Origin: Macrostomum lignano
Taxonomy: Eukaryota
Assembly (NCBI GenBank): GCA_002269645.1
Contig: NIVC01000387.1
Span: forward strand, 372,001-436,000
Reading direction: 5' to 3'
DNA: 64,000 nucleotides
A program made the translations under genes and the position numbers. The notes under the pieces are model-generated. The model was not told the DNA's origin, made no database searches, and saw nothing but the letters and a program-made list of their open reading frames with translations. Positions 55,296 to 64,000 of the stretch are shown piece by piece; the stretch's first letter is position 1, and every line of letters starts with the position of its first letter.

Positions 55296-56663
55296 AGGGA
55301 ATGGACATGACTGCTTGTCACACTATCGAATACATGCTGTTATACGCAAATTGTAGTATTTCTCAATAGTTCTTACTAGCTACTCTAGATGTTGTCTAGC
55401 AGATTTTATAAACTTTGCGCCATATATTACTGCTTACTATTCGTTATAAGTAGTCTGTGTTTTGTGTCTTTCAGTTACTTTATTCTGTATATTTCTCATT
55501 TTAGTCAGCTTTATTATTTGTATGCCTGCGATTTGCTCGTTTCTTGGCGAATCAAAATATTGCCTCAACTATAGTCTGTTGTACCTATTCTGGCCTATAA
55601 TCGCTGTCGTATTCATTTTATAACTTCTGTTTGCCTGGGTTTATTAATAAAAAGTACATTTGCAAAATGTATACAAATGTGTCATGATAAAAACTTTCTC
55701 GCAATCACGCGTTCGCTGTTAGAAATTTGCCTTGTTCTGGATTGCATGGTCTATGTATCCCACGGGCCACTTGAGTGTGTTTCGGAAAGACACTCTCCGA
55801 GACCTTCCGGACCTTCGCCTTGTCACCGATACCGCCTTGTTCAGCGTGCACTCTTGTTGCCATGCGCAGCCTGCTGCTGAGTTAAGCTATACTATTGAGG
55901 CGGGGGAGGGGCGTTGATTAATTTCCATGCCACGTGGATACGGCAGCTCAGGCATCAACTGTACTGGTGCCAGGATTCCAGATTGTAATGCAGATTGTAA
56001 AGATGTAAGACAGCGCAGCCACCCCAGTCCAAGTGCCCATGGTGATCTGGGCAGGCCGGTTGTTACGGTTGGGGGGGGGGAGGAAGCGGCAGAAGTCAGC
56101 AAGCCGGCTGCTGAAATCAATTGGCTCTGGCTGGATGGCACAGTCAAGCTTGCTGCCAGATATGCACTGCGGTCTCCCCTCTAGAGTCGACAGCTCAGTC
56201 ACCCGCTTTCGCACGCACAAGAGCACAATGGGGCTGGTGAGGGCGGGCCGGCAGCTGTACGGGCTTGCACAGTTGCCCGGGCGAGAGCATCCAGCCCGCA
56301 CACACACGCGCAACGCACTGCAGCTCCGCTCCTTGCCTAATTCCTACCTTCCACCGGCAGCCACCCAACCTCCGCGTGTTGTCATGGCTTCCACGGCAGA
56401 GGCGCGCGTTTTCAGTCTGCGCTGGTTGCGCAAATTTCTAGCTGTCTTTCCTTCATTCGTTTTCTTCTCTCTTCTCGCCTAGGTCTCTTAGTGGCGTCTC
56501 CACACCCAGTCGAGTAAAACAAACCGGCAACAGTCTGACAAAAGGCGGAGAAACAAGCCGTTAGTTTTTTTGCACTTACGATCGGCCCTACTCCAATAGC
56601 GAGACGGCCGCCGCTTAAGCTAAACCGAGCAGTCAGCAGGTCATGCTGTAGCCTGAGAGTTCC

Positions 56664-59600
56664 ATGGCTACGGATCCGAAATCTACAGAGCTGCAGCCGC
56701 CGGCGCAAAACGGCGAGGCGCCAGCCGGCGGCGGTGAAGGTCCTCCACAGGCCTCGCAGTCGTCGGCCTCGGCTACAGCCAAGTGCGTGTACATTTTCCG
56801 CAACGGCGACGTGTTCGCGCCCTCCAAGAAGTTTGTGCTGAACCGGCGCCAGCTACGCGATTGGGACGTCTTCCTGGAACAGGTGACCATGTCGGTGAAC
56901 CCACTGCGCGGCGCGGTGCGCAACATCGTGACGCCGAAGCGAGGACGGAGGCGCATCCATGATTTGGACAGCTTCGAGGACAAGGGACACTATGTGGCGC
57001 TGGCCAGGGGCGAGCGGTTTAAGCCAATGACGTGAGCATTGGTTGAAGTTGTAGGGTCAAAACAATTCCATAATTCTCAGGAAAAAATTTATCCATGGAT
57101 TTCTTATATAGCCATGGGCGCATGCAGGGGTTTCAGCTGTAGATATTCCGAGAGTTGAGTCAGCGTAATTCCCTGTGGTTTGTAGGGCTCATTGTCTTTC
57201 CCGAAGTGACGGAACCTAATAAAACCTCGCAAACTCTGGCCCGCAAAGCCTCTCTATCCGGCCCTCAGGTCCTTTGAATAGCAACCCGGCCCGCTCGAGG
57301 TTTGCGTCTTCTCAGCTGTCTTGTCTCACCTCTCTTCTCATCTCCCGTCCTCTCATCTCCTCTCCTCTTATCTTCTCTCCTCTCCTCTTCTTTTTCATCT
57401 CCCCCTCCTCTCTCCTCTCCTATTTGATCTCTCCTCTCGTCTCCTCTCTTCTCCTTTATTCTTTCGCCTCTCCTTTCTCCTATTTCTCTTCTCTATTCCC
57501 TCTCCTATCCCCTCCTCTGGCCCGCAGTTATGCGCTGGGTTCTCTGTCTGGCCCTTGAGGTAAAAATTTTGCCCCGACCTCTGCCCTAATGAGACAGCAC
57601 CATCCCAAAGATGGGAGCCTAGCTATACATGCGTTTGAGCTTGGCAAAATCGATGGAATTAGCTGACGGATTCGCTGATATGAGCGTATTAAATATTCAG
57701 AAATCTTTTGCTTGCCATTTTTCTATAAAATTTTCAAATTAGAAAAAGCAGCAATTGCTCGTTTATTACTTGAGCTGGCTCAAGTCCTCTACATTGATTT
57801 CCCATGCTGCTGCAGCTACGTCCCGGAGGCGGAGGTCGGCGCCAACGGGAGCCACGCGGAGACGAAGGGCTCCGGCGCATCGCCCACGGCCTCACCGAGG
57901 AAGCCGATGGGCAGCAACCGGGTCCTGCTGGAGCCGGTGAGTTCTGATTGACTCAACTATTCGCTGCTGTCTTCTGTCTTTGATCCCTCGGTTCTCCCCT
58001 TGTCATCACGAACGCCCCTCCCTCCTCTGCAGATCCTGCCAGTTGTGCACAACAAGAAGCTGATGTCCGTGCAGCCTCGGTTTGGCGCCAAGATGGATGT
58101 GATCAGCTCGCAGTCGAAGGCGATCAGGTGAGCGGGACAGAACAGTTGGAGGGGGGAAATTCGCGGTACAAAACAAGAACAAGAATTTATTAGAATTCAC
58201 TACCGTAGCACCCACCACCCCGCGCTCTCCTGATCACGAAATTGAATGCACTAACTGTAGGCGGGAGGCGTCGCGGACGAAATAGAATTCACTTTTGCTG
58301 AAATCGAACGAGAAAGCCAATAGCGCACATGAGGATTAGAAAGTCAAACGGCCGCTGTACCCCTGTGTGAGCGCGTGCCTACGTACAGTATTGGCGCGCT
58401 AAGGAGTCGGCGAAATGGACAAAATTGCTTCACCACTGGTTGCGGGACGATGTCGCTAAGAAGGTTTTGCTCCAGGGTGCCCGCAGCCCTCCTGCAAAAA
58501 TTATTATTATTACTATCTTGTGTCTGCTTCCCCTATTAACTGTACTCCGGAACCACGAGTGGGATCAATTTTCTGACTGAGACAACCCCGCGCTCCCCCT
58601 TCCCCAGGGTGTACCGCAACGGTGACGAGTTCACGCCGGCCATCATCGTCATGCTTCGGCCATCCGAGCAGGTCAGCATGGAGGTGGTGCTGCGGGCAGT
58701 GGAGGAGCGAGTGGTCCTGCCTAACAACATGGCCATCAGAAAGTGAGCGCTTGACATCATTATCGACTGACTGCTGCCGTACCTGCTGTTGTGTTTGGAT
58801 GTTCGCTGCGAATTCCACTGGTTCCCCCCTCCCCACCGCAGGCTGTTCGACATCAGCGGCCGGCGCATCCGGGAGCCGCAGGAGCTGCAGCACGAGAAGC
58901 ACTACGTAGCTGGCGGCCACGAGCCCTTCCTGTCCCGGCCGTACGGCCAGAAGCTGCCCCTCATCGTTCTTGGCAAGGCTGAGAGAAAGTGAGCGATTCG
59001 TTTTCTAAATAAATTTGTTGATCTTTGACGCTTCTGCCAGGTATTGTGGCATTGTTACGCAATATCTGTCATCTGTCCATGCAATCTTGGCCTTTTTCAG
59101 CGACAGCACTGCGTGGTGAGGCCGAGACAGTTATTTTTTAATAGAAAATTTCCTGATAGAATCTGTTTTTCATTACAACCTTTTTTATGTTTTCCAACAA
59201 GCAGTTTTTGCAGCTCACAGTTCGATTTCCTCAGAGTTTTGCATTGCGTAGTGTGGCTTCACAGGAACAATTGCATTCATACCTGTACTAGCTGCATTTA
59301 TTAGCCTTTTTTATCCTTGACCAAGATTTCTGGAAAACCTTTAGACCGAACAATCGCCCCCTGCTCACCTGTTCAGGTCGACCATCAAGTACTTGTCGCA
59401 GCCCATCACGCCAGAGAAGCACTCGTCCAGAAAGTGAGTATCAAAGACCTTCTTGCTGCATGGATTCTGAGCCCAACCTCCGATGCACCGGCACTCACCT
59501 CTTCCGTCTCTCTTTGCAGAAGCAAGCAGGACTCGCAGCGAGACCAAGCTCAACAGAATCCAAGAGCCACCAATAGTGAAGGAGGCGGAGCTACCAAGGT

Positions 59601-61801
59601 AAGCAAAGGTGGCCACGCACCTTGGATATGCTAATTAGTTGTCTCTGTTCCGCCTCCAGTCGACCCATAAAGCATTTTAACCAACTATGGCGAAAAAAAC
59701 TTTCCAAAGCGAGCTGACGCGGGCGAGGCTTTCGAGACCGAGCCCGGCGAGTTCAGCAGCCCCGGCGGGCAGCGGCGGCGCAACAGCGACGGAGTCTCCA
59801 TCGAGGAGGTTGGCGCGTGAATTGGAACTCATGGGAGCTGTTGGGAAGCTGTGGTTTGTTGTGTGTGTGATGAAGTGTGTAGGATCCATGGGGTGAGTGA
59901 GGTGATGAGCCGCAAGCCAGTGTACAGGATCTACATTGAGTGGCGTGCGTGGCGCAGTGAGTGTACAGGATCTACATTGAGTGGGGTGCGTGGCGCAGTG
60001 AGTGTGCAGGATCTGCATTGAGTGGGGTGAGTGGCGCAGTGAGTGTACAGGATCTGCATTGAGTGGGGTGCGTGGCGCAGTGAGTGTACAGGATCTGCAT
60101 TGAGTGGGGTGCATGGCGCAGTGAGTGTACAGGATCTGCATTGAGTGGGGTGCATGGCGCAGTGAGTGTACAGGATCTGCATTGAGTGGGGTGCATGGCG
60201 CAGTGAGTGTACAGGATCTGCATTGAGTGGGGTGCGTGGCGCAGTGAGTGTACAGGATCTACATTGAGTGGGGTGAGTGGCGCAGTGAGTGTACAGGATC
60301 TACATTGAGTGGGGTGCATGGCGCAGTGAGTGTACAGGATCTACCTACATTGAGTGGGGTGTGTGGTTCAGTGAGTGTACAGGATCTACATTGAGTGGGG
60401 TGCATGGCGCAGTGAGTATAGAGGATCTACATTGAGTGGGGTGTGTGGCGCAGTGAGTGTACAGGATCTACATTGAGTGGGGTGCATGGCGCAGTGAGTG
60501 TAGAGGATCTAAATTGAGTGGGGTGCATTGCGCAGTGAGTGTGCAGGATCTGCATTGAGTGGGGTGCATGGCGCAGTGAGTGTACAGGATCTGCATTGAG
60601 TGGGGTGCATGGCGCAGTGAGTGTACAGGATCTGCATTGAGTGGAGTGCATGGCGCAGTGAATGTACAGGATCTGCATTGAGGGGTGAGTGGCGCAGTGA
60701 GTGTACAGGATCTGCATTGAGGGGTGAGTGGCGCAGTGAGTGTACAGGATCTGCATTGAGGGGTGAGTGGCGCAGTGAGTGTACAGGATCTGCATTGAGG
60801 GGTGAGTGGCGCAGTGAGTGTACAGGATCTGCATTGAGGGGTGAGTGGCGCAGTGAGTGTACAGGATCTGCATTGAGGGGTGAGTGGCGCAGTCTTCAGT
60901 GCTGGTCATTGAGATTGAGAGTTGAAATTTGTGAGTATGAAATGTGAAAACTCGGCTGGCTTGCCGCATGCTTGAAGCTGTGCAGTAAGTGTTGTACATG
61001 GCACTGCAGGTCACAGCGCACACGGCACTTTACCGCAAACCCATGGCTTTTTAGAGGTGGCTCAAAGGGCTGCTTTGCCGGCTCCTTTTTGTAGAACTTA
61101 AATATTTATGCTTGGTAGATTGACTTTATGCCACTCGCTTGGTTTTTTCCTCATTTAGGACCGAATTGCCAAACTGTTGCTTCTATTACTGGCAGTTGCA
61201 CGTTTTGTCACCGCTGTTCAATATATGTACATGTATAGTAACCTTTCCTAGACGGCCCCACCTCCCCAAACAGCTCAACCCAAACATTCCCCACTCGGAG
61301 ACTCAGCCAGACTCACCTCCCAAGCCCAATTCGACCTCCGCCCGCCCGAAGGCCGAGAAGGCAAAGGCGGCCGGACAGATCCAGGCCAGCATCCGCGGGT
61401 TCGAGACCCGCAAAGTGGCCGCAGAGAAGCGGACGGGCGGCCCGGTGACGATCCGGCCCAAGCCGGCCAACTCCAAGGCCAACGCGAAGCCCAAGGCTGC
61501 GAAGGCGAGCCCGGAGGAGAAGGCGCAGGCCGCGGGCACCATCCAGTCGAGCGTCAAGGGCTTTGAAGCCAGAAAACAGGCAGCCTCCAAGGTGGCCCAG
61601 CGGCCCATTGAGCTGAAGAACGACGCGGCCAACTCCAAGAAGCAAAAGCAGCAGCAGCAGCCGCAGAAGCAGCAGAAGCCAATGTCGGAGGAGGAGAAGG
61701 CGGCCGCTAAGTCTATCCAGGCATCGGTGAACAGCTACAAGACCCGCAAGCAGGTGGCCAGGCAGGAGGCCGGCAAGGCTGCGGGCAGCGGTGGCGCCTG
61801 A
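56664..61801 (+). CDS. Tandem doublecortin-domain (DCDC2-like) protein, probably with C-terminal IQ motifs
   Basis: join(56664..57031,57816..57936,58033..58127,58608..58742,58842..58988,59101..59115,59377..59433,59520..59598,59710..59808,~61301..61801), open and phase-consistent. DCX1: VYIFRNGDVF...WDVFLEQVT...GAVRNIVTP...YVA...ERFK. DCX2: IRVYRNGDEF...AIRKLFDISGRRI...HYVAGGHEPF. The first five exons are confident. The link to the IQ exon and its exact acceptor (61274/61301/61307/61325 are all phase 0) are inferred. Confidence 0.8.
57230..57583. mobile_element. Possible remnant of a non-autonomous hAT-type element in DCX intron 1
   Basis: Repeated GGCCC(G/T) motifs ending in TAAAAATTTTGCCCCGACCTCTG, similar to Charlie-like termini from memory. 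No matching left TIR identified. Confidence 0.3.
59905..60893 (+). repeat. 39-41-bp minisatellite (GTGAGTGTACAGGATCTGCATTGAGTGGGGTGCATGGCGCA), about 24 copies
   Basis: Direct inspection. Each unit contains GCA|GTGAGT. Confidence 0.96.
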
Positions 61802-62255
61802 GGCGGATGCTCCTCGGCCGCTTCCGCCCGCCTCATCCCAAGCGCGCCATGTTCCAAAACGCTCCCCGCACCGCAGAACCCCTTTATCGCCAACCTGTCT
61901 CTCTCATCCCCCCATCCGGTAGGTGTTTGACTCCAGCGCATCTCACACAGCGCATGTGTCTGAAACAGCGCTTGCTTTTCGGCTTAACATTGCCATATTA
62001 GAATGCATTGGCAGCCAGGATGAGGAGCTAATCGGATGATCTACTCACACTTGCTAACGTCACTAGCGGCGCAGCCAGCGCCAATGTTGCATAGCAACTA
62101 ACGGCTTGCATTTTTATCTCATTCGTGCCCAGGCGCTGTCTAACAGCAACAGTCCCGTAACCAGCCATGCCGGGCCGGGCCAGCAGCAGCATAACCACGC
62201 CACAACCTACAGAGCTGAGCAGTATGATGGATACGAGGTATTTTAACCCTAACCC

Positions 62256-62480
62256 AGCCTCAGCGGTAGACGCGCCTGACTCTGCGCCGCGACCCGGGGT
62301 TCGATTCCGTGCTCACCCATATTCATTTAGGCTTGAGCATGAAATTGGCCGAGGGGTTACCGTGTGATTCGCGCCCAGGAGGGCCAGCCCCCAAGGCACA
62401 GATGGTGTACATGCCTGACGAATAGAAATTCAGGGCCTGTACACCCCGTGTGAGCGTGTCTATGAGTGTGTACCTGTACT
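62256..62480 (+). mobile_element. tRNA-derived SINE (family 2), apparently full length, flanked by about 17-bp TSD-like repeats
   Basis: A-box-like GCCTCAGCGGTAGA and B-box GGTTCGATTCC. The body carries the GGTGTACA...TGTACACC hairpin. Flanks are TATTTTAACCCTAACCC (62239-62255) and TATTTATAACCATAACCC (62480-62497). Confidence 0.75.
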
Positions 62481-62560
62481 ATTTATAACCATAACCCCAA
62501 CACACACAGCTAGACCTAAAAGTCAACCAGGAATCGCTAAGTCACCCCCGCCACTTCCAG

Positions 62561-62652
62561 GACCCGATGTACCACCAGGCGGCCACGAAGATCCAGGCCA
62601 CGTACCGGGGCTACAGAAGCCGCAAGCAGCAGCGACTGCCAGCAAGCAGTTG
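62561..62652 (+). CDS. IQ-motif exon, probable alternative/downstream exon of the DCX-IQ gene
   Basis: CCACTTCCAG|GAC CCG...: DPMYHQAATKIQATYRGYRSRKQQRLPASS is a canonical IQxxxRGxxxR motif. It is phase-compatible with a donor at 61753/61754 (CAG|GTGGCC). It ends at TG|GTGAGC or reads to TGA at 62654. Confidence 0.6.
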
Positions 62653-63685
62653 GTGAGCTCGCAGTCTTGTGTGACACCTGCTTTTTAATTGCTTGGCTGC
62701 TTGATGTCAAAGCTTGTGCAACCACTGACTTCCAGACTGCCGCCTGATGATGCCGGAAGCCGACTCATCTCAGCCCAGCAAATTTAATATTGCTTATTAT
62801 CTTGCAAACTGACGTCTTAGCGTATCCCACCCCCTCCAAATTGATTTCGAAGTTTTGCGAATTTCTCCGCGTCGCGCTGTAGATTTCTGTTGCTATGCTT
62901 TGCCGTCCTTCCTTGTCTGAGCTGTCCCAAACCTTTACCTTTTCTCAAAGAACTCAAAACTCAGCTCACTCAGCTGAATGCAAAAGCGAATGCCGCAGAT
63001 TTTATTTTTCTCCGTTATTCCGATCTCGAAACCGCACTGCAACCCGCAGCTAATCAAAAGTTCTCAGTCTCTTTTACTTGCCTTAGCCGCTCTCTGAATT
63101 TTCTGCTTATAAATAAAAGTTGATAAAAAATTATAAGCACAACCAACTTTTCATCTGACAGCTGAGGGACAGCCGCCAATAATTCCATGGCCTCCGGATT
63201 ATTTGCCTGACATTAATATGCACACCAGCATTTTCACAGGTAACACAAGAACACGATCAGCTGGTGTCAGAGGGCAAGAAGCTCAAATAGAAGAAAGCTG
63301 AGATGATCGGCAGGTGGCAGATGGACGAGACCGAAAGTGAGACCTTGGACCTTTGATAGCCGAGAGAGAGGAGCGTCTGACGGTGCGACTGCATAAGTAA
63401 AGCAATGCTGATAGCGGTAAAAGCAGATTTTTGACAAAAATAAGCAAATAAAGCAACGCGGCAGCAGGGTGTCTGCAACAACAGGACTGGTAGCAAAACA
63501 GCAAAAGCAGGAAAAGTGTGGCGCATTGAATTACATTGAAACGAAAATATCAGCTCAAGTAGCTCTCCTAATGCCTGCTTTTGATCCTCAGATGCAGAGG
63601 AAGTGTCAATCCCGAACTGCACCGCTTCGACAAGAAAATTTGCCTTTTCCAGCTGCTTTCAGTAGAGTGATGCGAGCAGGGCCAT

Positions 63686-64000
63686 CTAAATCCTCCAGGG
63701 CCGACCACGCGTGGAGACATTGTCGCCTCTGCCGCCACCTCTGCCGCTGCCGCGACCTCCGCCTCCAACGGCGCCTCGGGGTTCCATCGAAGGTCCAGGC
63801 GTCGAGAAATCCATCTGGTCTTCATCGATGATTGACAGCTGCCTGCCGACGTTCAAGTCGGTGCCGATGACGCCGACGGAGGCGGAGCGCTCCTGTTGAT
63901 GATCAACCGGGGAGTCAGAGTCCGGGCTGAGGTCGACCTCGCGAACGTCGCTAGAAGATCGCGGTCGGAGGTCGATGGCAAGACTCAGGTGCTGCTTGCT
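63686..64000 (-). CDS. Partial terminal exon of an unidentified minus-strand gene running off the window
   Basis: Open from the window end: SKQHLSLAIDLRPRSSSDVREVDLSPDSDSPVDHQQERSASVGVIGTDLNVGRQLSIIDEDQMDFSTPGPSMEPRGAVGGGGRGSGRGGGRGDNVSTRGRPWRI*. Codon bias matches the other genes. It is absent from the ORF track because it has no start codon in the window. Confidence 0.65.
   Translation of the reverse strand, partial: SKQHLSLAIDLRPRSSSDVREVDLSPDSDSPVDHQQERSASVGVIGTDLNVGRQLSIIDEDQMDFSTPGPSMEPRGAVGGGGRGSGRGGGRGDNVSTRGRPWRI

Noticed and set aside
56178-56192. CCTCTAGAGTCGAC, matching the pUC XbaI-SalI polylinker
   Set aside because: Only about 14 nt match and the flanks do not continue into vector sequence, so it is compatible with chance.

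Overview
Eukaryotic (animal) genomic DNA. GC-rich, intron-containing genes sit in a very dense landscape of mini- and microsatellites (about 30 arrays, roughly a third of the window). The style suggests a free-living flatworm such as Macrostomum, but the organism is inferred, not shown. I built spliced models by hand for six genes: (1) an alpha7-like nicotinic acetylcholine receptor alpha subunit, 9 exons, 308-7167 (+); (2) an innexin, 25572-30201 (+); (3) a myosuppressin/FMRFamide-receptor-like GPCR, 34248-37569 (-); (4) intronless SF3B5, 52127-52384 (+); (5) an arrestin-fold protein, 53188-55036 (+); (6) a tandem doublecortin-domain protein that probably continues into IQ-motif exons, 56664-61801/62652 (+). 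The last exon of a minus-strand gene runs off the right edge. There are also two tRNA-derived SINE families, a small MITE, an AT-rich island and two orphan coding-like segments near 45.7-46.9 kb. The most unusual signal is minisatellites built from functional gene parts. About 35 tandem copies of the nAChR pore (M2) exon's own splice acceptor plus its first 19 coding bases lie directly upstream of the real exon. A 1-kb array has expanded inside the GPCR 5' exon and appears to disconnect an in-phase upstream exon. An array of consensus GTGAGT donors lies between the DCX and IQ exons. Most long ORFs in the supplied track are translations of repeats and are not genes. All exon joins are predictions without RNA data.
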